From Dehalococcoidia bacterium (GTDB taxonomy: Bacteria > Chloroflexota > Dehalococcoidia > Lucifugimonadales > UBA2962): a stretch of DNA of 64,000 bases. Of this stretch, positions 28,892 through 37,508 are shown piece by piece. The stretch lies in assembly GCA_965219325.1 (NCBI GenBank), contig OZ244723.1:1642158-1706157 (forward strand), in the 5' to 3' direction. A program made the position numbers and the translations under genes. The stretch's first letter is position 1. Every line of letters begins with the position of its first letter. The notes beneath the pieces are model-generated. The model was not told where the DNA came from. It ran no database searches and saw only the letters and a program-made list of their open reading frames with translations.

Positions 28892-30328
28892 TTGCGCATG
28901 CAAGAATTGGGAGAGGTGCTGGCTTTTGTACTGAGCCAGACGAAATTGGATTGCGGCCGTGAGGAAGAAACGCGATACGGTCCCATCCGTCGAAGTTACG
29001 CTTCAAGGCCAGAGGAAACCATATCAGCGGAAGGGTTATGCCGGATCATCGTAGAAGGTACGTGGGACGCACCGGCTCTCAACAAAGCAAGGGCAGCCCG
29101 AGTAGTCTGCCCCACAGAGGCAATTGCAAAGCTGGAAGACCACTTGCGAATGCTCTTCGAGGACTACGTCCATCCGGACACAGACCGAATCGGTCACGCT
29201 TTTCCAATGTTAGGGATGAATGGAACTGGGCATAGCAGGATTCGGTCCAATAGGTTGAAGGCTGAGTCCGCATCGTCGCCGATAAGCGACTTTGCTAGGG
29301 GACTTCTCAGAGGCGCGGCATTTATTGGCTTAGATGGGACGTTGGAGCTCGTGAGAGGTTGGATGCAATCGAAACCAATCCGTTACCGCACGTCGGCCAT
29401 CATCAACGGCGTCTATTTGAACGAATCACTAGCCCCCGCCAATGGCGTCCACGTCGGTACCCTTCCTTGGACGACCAGCGAACTGGACGCAAACTTGCCG
29501 AAGCCCAAGAGTGTTGAGGCTACAGATTACCTGGGGAGGACTGTGGTGTCGATTGACACCGAAGTTTCGCCACCGTTGTTTCTTCCGGAATCACTTGAGG
29601 CGAGCCAGCAAGTAAGTGCCAAGTCAGTATCAGGCATCGACATAGCCACGGTGTGCCAGGCGCTGTCCTTGGAATCAGATAATTATGTGGACGTGGGCTT
29701 CTATTGGAATGACTACGGGGATCTTACCAATTTCCTTCACGGCGGAAACATCCCCAGCTGGTCTTTTCCCCCGGAACGCTTGAGGACCCCCCATATAGGG
29801 TCCGGTTGGTCGATGGGAGGTGACATTGAAACAGGATCGACGCGCATGACTCCTTCAAGCGGATCAATACTTCATTTGAAGGAGGAACGTCTCCGCCACA
29901 CTCTGGAGTCCCTCGTGAAATCCGGGTCAGACATGACCCGAAGAACTGTTTCACGGTGGATGCTGTCCAAGAACAGCTCTGAAGGCTTGGTGGACAGATT
30001 TATCGACCTGCGCGTCGCATTGGAGTCCCTTTACCTAAAGGACTTCATCAACGAACAGAGTCAAGAGATGAGGTTTCGCCTGTCGCTCTTCGGTGCTTGG
30101 CACTTGGGTGCTGATTTCGGGGAAAGAAAGCGAATTCGCAAGACCCTGCGCGATGCCTACGACGCCGCGTCTGGAGCCGTGCACACTGGCGATCTCTACG
30201 ACAGCCCGGAGAACCGAGAATTGCTTGAAGATGCCCAGGAGCTCTGCCGAAGAGGGATAATGAAGCTATTGGACGAAGGCCCACCTAGCGACTGGGGAGA
30301 CCTTATCCTGGGTGAAGGCGAAGACTGA
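28892..30328 (+). CDS. Hypothetical 478-aa protein with C-terminal HEPN-like helical region
   Basis: The C-terminus, IDLRVALESLYLK...RFRLSLFGAWHLG...LRDAYDAASGAVHTGD, resembles the aY..RS..vHG HEPN-type motif but has AS in place of RS. Confidence 0.5.
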   Translation: MRMQELGEVLAFVLSQTKLDCGREEETRYGPIRRSYASRPEETISAEGLCRIIVEGTWDAPALNKARAARVVCPTEAIAKLEDHLRMLFEDYVHPDTDRIGHAFPMLGMNGTGHSRIRSNRLKAESASSPISDFARGLLRGAAFIGLDGTLELVRGWMQSKPIRYRTSAIINGVYLNESLAPANGVHVGTLPWTTSELDANLPKPKSVEATDYLGRTVVSIDTEVSPPLFLPESLEASQQVSAKSVSGIDIATVCQALSLESDNYVDVGFYWNDYGDLTNFLHGGNIPSWSFPPERLRTPHIGSGWSMGGDIETGSTRMTPSSGSILHLKEERLRHTLESLVKSGSDMTRRTVSRWMLSKNSSEGLVDRFIDLRVALESLYLKDFINEQSQEMRFRLSLFGAWHLGADFGERKRIRKTLRDAYDAASGAVHTGDLYDSPENRELLEDAQELCRRGIMKLLDEGPPSDWGDLILGEGED

Positions 30329-30606
30329 ATCGTAAGTAGCTTAAGGATGTCCAGGTCATCATCTCGCAGTAACACACCAGGGTCAGCCTGCCAGGCTCAG
30401 CCACATCTCAAAGACGGTTCTGTCTATCGTCAAGTTTGGTGGCCCTGGCGAAGTCTCGAACTTGCCTGGGGTTGACGATGGCCACCGGCAGCGACGCACC
30501 GGATCGAACACGAAGTCGTCCCGACGGTATGAGCGTGGGTGCCGGGCGATGACCTCCGACCCGCAGCTGATCACCACCTCGCCCACGTAGCCGCGCACCA
30601 CCACGT

Positions 30607-32219
30607 GTCGTTGTTCAGGGAAAATGTCCGGTCAACTGTTCAGCGAAATTGTCCATCGCCGTGGTTGTTGATGGTATCGGATAGGGCTGTGGCGGGCTTG
30701 ACCCGTGTGTACATGGGCGGGCTCTCGGTCAGTGCGTACCTGCGGGCGGTTTCCCTGTGGATCCCCAGCTCCCTGACGATCGCACGCAGCGACAGGCCGC
30801 GTGCCCTGGCCTCCTGAACCGCCTCCCACAGAGCCTTCTGGCGCGGGGTTGGCTTCCTCGATCCTGGAGCTGCACGCTTGCGTTTTCTCCGCGGGCTGGC
30901 TGCCTGTTCACTGTCTACATCGGTCTTCTCCAGGCATGCCAGTTCCTGGTGACCATGGCTGGAGCCGTTGACACGGCCGTCGGGGGTGGTGCGATTCCCC
31001 AGGACACGTAGAAACTCCGGACGTGGAGGCGCCTCCTGTGCCTCGATCAGGTGCCCCTGGTATTCAACCAGCAGTCGACCATCGGGACGCTCAAGGACTT
31101 CCACCTGAACTCCGGCGTAGCTGGTCCGCTCCATGCCGGGCAGCAGCTGCAGGGTGCGCCATCGGTGCCTGACCGTGTTGTCCCTTGCCACCTTGCGGTG
31201 GAACCTGAAACACAGAGCCTGCTCGACAGCGGCCGCTGACGGAGGTTTGCGGTAGGCCACCTCCGACTGCGCCGCCGGGACACCGAACTGCTCGTCGAAC
31301 CTCGGCAGGTATCGGTGCAGGACCTCGTTGGCATGTTCCATGGTCTCGACCTTCGCCAGTCGCAGCTCGGTGACCAGTCTGTCCTGGAATGTCCCGGCCA
31401 CACGCTCGACACGCCCCTTGGCCTGTGGCGACCGGGCGAAGATCTGTCTTATGCCCAACCGCTGCATGGCCCGGGCGAACTGCGTCGGTCCGGGCAGCTT
31501 CTGCCGAGGCGGTGCAGGGTTTTTGAAGACAGCGTGACGATCGCTGTAGAGCGCAAGGGGTACCCCGCGGCGCTCGATCATCCCCTCGATCAACAGCAGG
31601 TATCCCATCGCGTCCTCTTCCGGCCTGAACAATGCATAGGGCACCGTGCCGGTCGCATCGTCAACGGCCAATAGCAGCGCAAAGCGGGGGCCACGATCCT
31701 CCAACCACCGATGGTGGCTGCCGTCTACCTGCACCAGCATCCCCTCTTGGGGCATACGCTGACGCCTTACGCGGTGTTTGGGTGGACGGCGGCGGCGGGG
31801 GCTCTCAATTCCGGCGCTCAGGGCGATCCGCCTCACCGTCGAGCGGCTCAGGAATATACCCTCACGCTCCATGAGCAACTCGGAAAGGTGTGTGTGGTTC
31901 GTACCCGAATAGCGACTCGCCGCCAACTCCATCACCTCGGCAATCGCCGCCTCGGTTGTGGCGTTGGCAGGTCTACGGCCTCGATTCCCGTGGACCAGCG
32001 CGGCGGCTCCTTCCTCCCGGTAGGCCGCCAGGATGCGCCTGACGTGGCGTTCGCTGATCCCCAGTACCTCGGCCGCCTGGCCAACCGGCAATTGGCCGAC
32101 CAGCACGCTGTTCAGTACCTTCAGTCTCGTCTGTGCCTGCTGGCTCAATGTCACTCCTTGCATGGAATGACAATTTCGCTGAACAGTTAGCTACGGACAT
32201 TTTCCCTGAACAACAACAA
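30607..32219 (-). mobile_element. Complete-looking IS (about 1.6 kb) nested in istA, with ~40-bp terminal inverted repeats and a 6-bp target duplication
   Basis: Left end TGTTCAGGGAAAATGTCCGGTCAACTGTTCAGCGAAATTGTC. The reverse complement of the right end is TGTTCAGGGAAAATGTCCGTAGCTAACTGTTCAGCGAAATTGTC. CCACGT occurs at 30601-30606 and 32220-32225. Removing the IS plus one copy restores the istA frame (YGYRDVVVRGYVGE). Confidence 0.8.
30640..32163 (-). CDS. HTH plus DDE (rve-type) transposase of the nested IS (ISNCY-like by memory)
   Basis: 507 aa. N-terminus QQAQTRLKVLNSVLVGQLPVGQAAEVLGISERHVRRILAAYREEGAAALVHGNRGRRPAN, then an integrase core (VQVDGSHHRWLEDRG...LYSDRHAVF). Confidence 0.8.
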   Translation of the reverse strand: MQGVTLSQQAQTRLKVLNSVLVGQLPVGQAAEVLGISERHVRRILAAYREEGAAALVHGNRGRRPANATTEAAIAEVMELAASRYSGTNHTHLSELLMEREGIFLSRSTVRRIALSAGIESPRRRRPPKHRVRRQRMPQEGMLVQVDGSHHRWLEDRGPRFALLLAVDDATGTVPYALFRPEEDAMGYLLLIEGMIERRGVPLALYSDRHAVFKNPAPPRQKLPGPTQFARAMQRLGIRQIFARSPQAKGRVERVAGTFQDRLVTELRLAKVETMEHANEVLHRYLPRFDEQFGVPAAQSEVAYRKPPSAAAVEQALCFRFHRKVARDNTVRHRWRTLQLLPGMERTSYAGVQVEVLERPDGRLLVEYQGHLIEAQEAPPRPEFLRVLGNRTTPDGRVNGSSHGHQELACLEKTDVDSEQAASPRRKRKRAAPGSRKPTPRQKALWEAVQEARARGLSLRAIVRELGIHRETARRYALTESPPMYTRVKPATALSDTINNHGDGQFR

Positions 32220-33348
32220 CCACGTCCCTGTATCCGTAGGCCACCGGCACCGAGTAGTCGTTGCTCCGGTACCTGACAAGTGACAGCGAGCTGACACGGC
32301 TCACACGCTTGTCGCTGGCATCGTACGGTGCAGCGGGAAGCGGCAGCAGGGCCTCCAGGTCGCGCTCCATCCGCTGCCCTATCGTCTCGTCGTGGCCCCG
32401 CAGACATGCCCCCAACCTCTCCATGCACCGCTCCTCAAGGTACGCGTTCAGGGCATCGAAGCTCGGAAGCGACGGCACCGGCACCAGGAAGTTGCGACGC
32501 GCATATCCCACCAGTCCCTCCACCTTGCCCTTGTCGTTTCCCTTTCCGGGACGCCCGAATCTGTCCTCGAACAGGTAGTGCGACTGCAGCTCGGCAAACA
32601 CCCGGGTCCTCTGACGCCGTCCCCCATGATCCTGGCCACCGCCAGCCTCGTGTTGTCGTAAACGATGCTCTGCGGCACTCCCCCGAGGAACGAGAAGGCA
32701 GATACATGCCCATCGCAGAACGCCTCCGTGGTCTCCGCCGGGTAGGCCTTCACGTAGCATCCGTCGCTGTGGGGAAGGTCCAGCACGAAGTAGTGGATGA
32801 CCTGCTCCACACCGCCGATCACCGCTCGCGCCTGGCCGAAGTCGCACTGGGCGTGCCCGGGAGCATGGGTCAGTGGCACGTACATCTCACGCGTCCGGCG
32901 TCGATGCTCGCCCACGTAGTCCTTGACTATCGTGTACCTGCCGCCGAACCCGTACTCGCTCCTCAGGCGCTCGTAGATGCGCTTTGCGGTGTGGCGCTGC
33001 TTTCTGGGAATGCGCCTGTCCTGCTGAAGGATCCGGTCGATCACCCCGCAGTAAGGATCCAGCTTGGATCGGCGCGGAGGACCTCTCCGACGGTACCCGG
33101 GAGGTGCCGAGTATCTGAGCATCTTGCGCAACGTGTCTCGGTGCAGCTCAAAGACCCTGGCCGCCTCCCGGATGCTCATCCCCTCCACCATGCAGGCCCG
33201 GCGCACACGCGTGTACATCTCCACCTTGTACATTCTCTAGACCTTCCATCATGTTCTACAGAACATGATGGAAGGCGGGCGGTCCAATTTCTAAACGCCA
33301 CCCCGCAACGCTAGATCCCGCCCTGCCGGTACATTCTTACTCCGCCGT

Positions 33349-33540
33349 TTACAGCTCGGCAGTTCCGCCCCGGTCATCGCAGGGAGGCTGCTCCACAAAT
33401 GTACTCGGCGTTGCCGTCTCGTTGACCACCTCAATTGTCTCATCGCCACTGCCATTGCCACCGCACCCCGAAACCATCATGAACAGCGCGAGCGCTCCCG
33501 CCAACGTCAACAATTGCAACATCCTCACGGCGGCCCTCAT
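33349..33540 (-). CDS. Small putative lipoprotein
   Basis: 63 aa with a signal peptide and lipobox (LALFMMVSGCGG). Overlaps the upstream gene's stop by 4 nt. Confidence 0.4.
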   Translation of the reverse strand: MRAAVRMLQLLTLAGALALFMMVSGCGGNGSGDETIEVVNETATPSTFVEQPPCDDRGGTAEL

Positions 33541-35828
33541 GGCGTATCCATCCCTGCGGAATCACAGCGCTCCACCCAAACATGTCCGATCCTTATCTCC
33601 GCTCTTGTCTTCGCCTGTTCAGCAACTATGCACTTGGTCAGATAGTTGGGAAGCACTCTTAGTTCGCGCAACGATTCAAGCCCAACCAGTTCCTGCGGGA
33701 TGGCACCCCCCAGAATGTTCATTGAAATATCCAATTTCGTTAGTTGGGACAGGTTGCCCAATTCGGGTGGTATCTCTCCGTCAAGAGAGTTGTGGTTGAG
33801 ATAAAGCCACCGTAGGTTGGCGAGTGTGCCCAACTCACGTGGAATGTTCCCACTGAGAAAATTCCAGCTGAGATCCAGCACCTCCAGATGCGCCAGAGAG
33901 TCCAACTCCACAGGGATGCTCCCACTCAGAAAGTTCCAACCGAGGTCCAGGTGCTCAAGCTCTGTCAGGGCACCGAGCTCCGCCGGGATCGGTCCGACCA
34001 ATTCATTGTAGGAAAGGTCCAACAATTTCAGCTCGGTCAGTTCGGCGATCTGAGGAGGTAACCTTCCGGTCAGGCCGCGATATTGAAGCCTTAATTCATG
34101 GACGCGAGGAGGCACACCGCCCGTGGTGACACCCTCCCACTTGCTGATGGGAGTCCAACTGGTCCACCACCCCAGCCCGGGGATCCCGGCAAACTCGTCA
34201 CGGATGGTCAGCAGTGTCTCGCAGTCTCCCACAAGCCCGGGATTCGCATCCGGTTCCGGCACCACCAGGTCTTCGGAGCACAACGCGAGATCCACCAGCC
34301 TCTCAGGCCGTGGCGCATTCCATGCGCGCAGCTTGCCCTCATCGTCCGCCCTGGCCAGCATACGCACGTCTTCTCCGTCCCTGGTCATCGTCAGGATCAA
34401 AGCCTCTGGATACGAGCGGCTCACGGGGACAGGAAAGTAGATCGCAATCCTTGATCCGTCGGGCGACCACACGGCCTGGGTATCTACGGCTCGGTGGAGT
34501 CTATTTAGGATAGCTGGCTTGGGTAACGACAGGCGGCGTAATCCATCGCCGTCCACTTCCACGACATACGTGCCATCCGAAGAGACGAACAGGAGCTCCG
34601 AGCCTTCAGGCGACCAGGACACATGGTAAATCGATGTTGAGGGTCTGAAGGCTCCGTATGGTACTCCCCTCCAAATCTCCCGAATGCCGGTGCCATCGGG
34701 CCGAATCGTATAGATCGCCGACCCCATCTCTTCAGCCCTGGCGAACGCGAGATACTCTCCGCCCGGCGACCACGTGGGCGGCGTTTCCGTCTCACCTATC
34801 CTGGTCAGTCCCGATCCATCAGCCCCGACCGTGTACAGGATGTTCGAGAATGGATACGACTCTCCCTCGATTGCAATGAATGCCACCATCTCGCCGTCGG
34901 GAGACCACATCGGCGGGTAAAGGCCGACCTCCATTTGGGGAGGGGTGAGAGCTTTCGGTACACCGGATCCGTCGGCCGCCATCGTCAAGAGCTTGGCATT
35001 TCTCGGATAGAATCCGCCTTCTGGTATTCGGATTTCCCCGACAAAGGCGATTCGCGTTCCGTCGGGTGACCACTCCGGAAAGTGGTCGAGGTACTCGTTC
35101 TGCGTCAGGCGTTTCGGCGACGTCCCGTCGATGGCCACAGTGACGATCTCGTAGTTGTGTTTTTCTCTCTCCGGCCTTCTATCCTCAGGAGGATCGAACC
35201 CCTCTGGAACGTCTTGATCCAAGCCTCTCTCGGTCCTGTACTCGCACGATGAGTAAACGACTTGGGAGCCGTCCGGGGACACATCGAAATGAAAGCCATA
35301 CGGCATCAAATAGCCCGGATTCGCGTTAGCGATCGTCTGCAAGAGGGTACCTTCCGTATCGATTGCACTTAAGGTGCTGTCATCGATTTCCTTAAAGACG
35401 ATATCGGCGCCGTCTACAGTCCAGTCCAAGTAATACTTCCCAAGCTCTCGATGAAATTCGTAATAGAAGGGCCCGCAATGTCCCCATGCCGTTTCTTCAT
35501 CATGGAGACCCGGAGTCGGCGTCGGATCCGGCCTGGCTGCTACCGGCGACGGCGTCGGAATCTGTCCGAGTGCGAGTGGGGTGCGAGTGGGGTCCGGTAT
35601 ATTCCGGGTTCGTGCAGGAGCCGGATCCGGATCCGAATGGTTGTCGGCGCTCAGGATGTCAGGTAGTGCTTCCGTGACTGCTCTTGTATGTTCATCACCG
35701 TTCCCGATGGCGGTCTGTTTAATCTGCGCAACATCGGCCGCATCCATATCCTGACCACAAGCGGCAAAGCCCAGGCACAGCACAAGAGACGCTAGAGTCA
35801 ACGCCGAGTTCTTATCGCAACCCGTCAT
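33537..35828 (-). CDS. Lipoprotein with PD40/TolB-like beta-propeller repeats and C-terminal plant-type leucine-rich repeats
   Basis: The likely start is MTGCDKNSALTLASLVLCLGFAACG, with the ATG at 35828. Repeated WSPDG motifs (WSPDGTRIAF, WSPDGEMVAF, WSPGGEYLAF, WSPEGSELLF, WSPDGSRIAI). Six to seven 24-aa LRRs of the form LxxLxxLdLsxNxLsGxIPxELGx. Confidence 0.8.
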   Translation of the reverse strand: MTGCDKNSALTLASLVLCLGFAACGQDMDAADVAQIKQTAIGNGDEHTRAVTEALPDILSADNHSDPDPAPARTRNIPDPTRTPLALGQIPTPSPVAARPDPTPTPGLHDEETAWGHCGPFYYEFHRELGKYYLDWTVDGADIVFKEIDDSTLSAIDTEGTLLQTIANANPGYLMPYGFHFDVSPDGSQVVYSSCEYRTERGLDQDVPEGFDPPEDRRPEREKHNYEIVTVAIDGTSPKRLTQNEYLDHFPEWSPDGTRIAFVGEIRIPEGGFYPRNAKLLTMAADGSGVPKALTPPQMEVGLYPPMWSPDGEMVAFIAIEGESYPFSNILYTVGADGSGLTRIGETETPPTWSPGGEYLAFARAEEMGSAIYTIRPDGTGIREIWRGVPYGAFRPSTSIYHVSWSPEGSELLFVSSDGTYVVEVDGDGLRRLSLPKPAILNRLHRAVDTQAVWSPDGSRIAIYFPVPVSRSYPEALILTMTRDGEDVRMLARADDEGKLRAWNAPRPERLVDLALCSEDLVVPEPDANPGLVGDCETLLTIRDEFAGIPGLGWWTSWTPISKWEGVTTGGVPPRVHELRLQYRGLTGRLPPQIAELTELKLLDLSYNELVGPIPAELGALTELEHLDLGWNFLSGSIPVELDSLAHLEVLDLSWNFLSGNIPRELGTLANLRWLYLNHNSLDGEIPPELGNLSQLTKLDISMNILGGAIPQELVGLESLRELRVLPNYLTKCIVAEQAKTRAEIRIGHVWVERCDSAGMDTP

Positions 35829-36467
35829 AGAAGGTCCCTCAATCACCAACCGTCTGGTACAGTGCATAGATCGCCAAAATATCCAGAGGGTGAGGCGAAC
35901 AGTTGGGATCATATTCCAACAATAGTTCTGGAGCTGCAGTCCTTAGATTACGACCCTCATAGCTCATCACCGATCCGGGCACCGTCAACTGACCTGTCGG
36001 TCGGTCAGGCGTGTCTGGCGGACTGGACGCAGCCGCAGCTGTAATGCGCAGCATTAGCTGGTCTCCGGACTCCCAGGGCTGCTCGGCTACCGACCACGTC
36101 AGCGTGCCCGCCGCCGCGTCCACCGTCGCCGACGATGCCGAGAGGAACAGGTACATCCACCGGTACGCCAACTGCACACGCTGTACCACCTTCACCCCGC
36201 GGCGGCCCCACACCCTGCGCACCACTCCACTCTCTGACACAAGGCTAACGAAGCGCGAACCCCATGGGCAACCCACCGTAGGCAGGGCAGCGCGCGACGG
36301 TCACAAGGGGCCTAACAGCGTGGGGAAGAACTGTCACCCTGAGCGACGCGAAGGCACTTGGGGGGATCGCCTCAACTTGGACTAGGTGTCGACCTCGCCG
36401 CTGCCACTAGTCTCCTTTCTCCGTTCGGGGCGGCATTCAGCAGGCCGGGCCGCCTTTCGGCAACCTG

Positions 36468-37415
36468 CTAGTGGATGTAGCCTGGCACTGTCGTTGCATT
36501 CTCAAAGATGTCGACGCCAGCAATCTCCTGCACCAAACGGCGGAGTGCCCTCAGTTCCTCCGGGCGATGGATCCATCCTGCAAGGAAGGAATCGGGGTCT
36601 TCTTGTATCATCGCGACGGCTTCTTCGTTTAGGGTCGGCCTACCAATGAGCAACTCGTACGGTATGGCTGTTAGAACAGCAAGCTTGCGCAAATGCTGCT
36701 CGTCATAGAACTCGGATGGCCACCGAGCACTCTTCTGTCCGTTGCAAGTTGTGCACAAGAGGGTGGCGTTCTTTGTCGTCATTGGCCATAACAGTCTGAG
36801 CGGAAGGGTGTGATCAAACGTTTCATTATCCTCGCCAATACCAGCGTCGCATGAGAAGCATTTATGCCCGAATTTTCTACGTATCTCATTCCTTTCGATT
36901 CGGGGTGTGTCACTCCGCAGCAACCCAAGAAGACGCCGCCGCTCGGAGGCTTCACGATGTTGATCGGAGATGCGGGTCTTGTTCTTGATCCGGTTATAGG
37001 CAGTCTTGCAGGATGTGCACTCGCCTTGACGTCCCGATAGTCGGGACCTATGTCTACCGAAGGCGTCTAAAGGTTTCATCGTGTAGCAGAGTAAGCAGTA
37101 TTTGTGGTCGGCCGCGCCGCGCACATACTCACCGTGATCGACGACAAACTCTGCAGACTCAACGACCTCCCCCTCCACAACGAGGTCATAGTCGAAGAAG
37201 CTAGTCCCTTCGCCATCGCGCAGTTCATGCAGGCATAACTCGCACTGAAGCTGGAACCCGGGGCGTATGTCGTGACGGCGGACAACGATCCATACCTGAC
37301 ACTCAGCGGCGAGACACTGCAGTACCTTGTAGACTACGTCGCCTTGGCCGCGGACGTGTGCTGGACGCTCCTGTCCGTGCTTGACGACTCTCGAATAGGG
37401 TTCGCGTCTCGGCAA
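36468..37415 (-). CDS. HNH-motif endonuclease (candidate restriction component)
   Basis: The C-terminal half carries GHKCFSCDAGIGEDNETFDHTLPLRLLW...LLCTTCNGQKSARWP (CxxC...DH...N...CxxCNxxK). It is divergent from the methyltransferase, with a ~95-bp gap. Confidence 0.7.
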   Translation of the reverse strand: MPRREPYSRVVKHGQERPAHVRGQGDVVYKVLQCLAAECQVWIVVRRHDIRPGFQLQCELCLHELRDGEGTSFFDYDLVVEGEVVESAEFVVDHGEYVRGAADHKYCLLCYTMKPLDAFGRHRSRLSGRQGECTSCKTAYNRIKNKTRISDQHREASERRRLLGLLRSDTPRIERNEIRRKFGHKCFSCDAGIGEDNETFDHTLPLRLLWPMTTKNATLLCTTCNGQKSARWPSEFYDEQHLRKLAVLTAIPYELLIGRPTLNEEAVAMIQEDPDSFLAGWIHRPEELRALRRLVQEIAGVDIFENATTVPGYIH

Positions 37416-37508
37416 GGGAGTCCTCCGACAGATCCTGCTGAGATTATGGTACTCGTCTAGCCTTTTGCAATATGCGGTTGCATGTAACTACCAAGCCATG
37501 GTAGTTTC

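Larger units (their letters stand above)
30383..33233 (-). pseudogene. istA: IS21-family transposase istA: frameshifted, interrupted by another IS, with no istB
   Basis: N-terminal part: MYKVEMYTRVRRACMVEGMSIREAARVF...DNTRLAVARIMGDG. After a frameshift: RQRTRVFAELQSHYLFEDRFGRPGKGNDKGKVEGLVGY...VAYGYRDVV. After the insertion: VVRGYVGEVVISCGSEVIARHPRSY. No istB follows. Confidence 0.8.

Noticed and set aside
35839-36276. 145-aa minus-strand ORF upstream of the PD40/LRR gene
   Set aside because: There is no recognisable start context or motif. It may be a fragment of a secreted protein, but support is insufficient.
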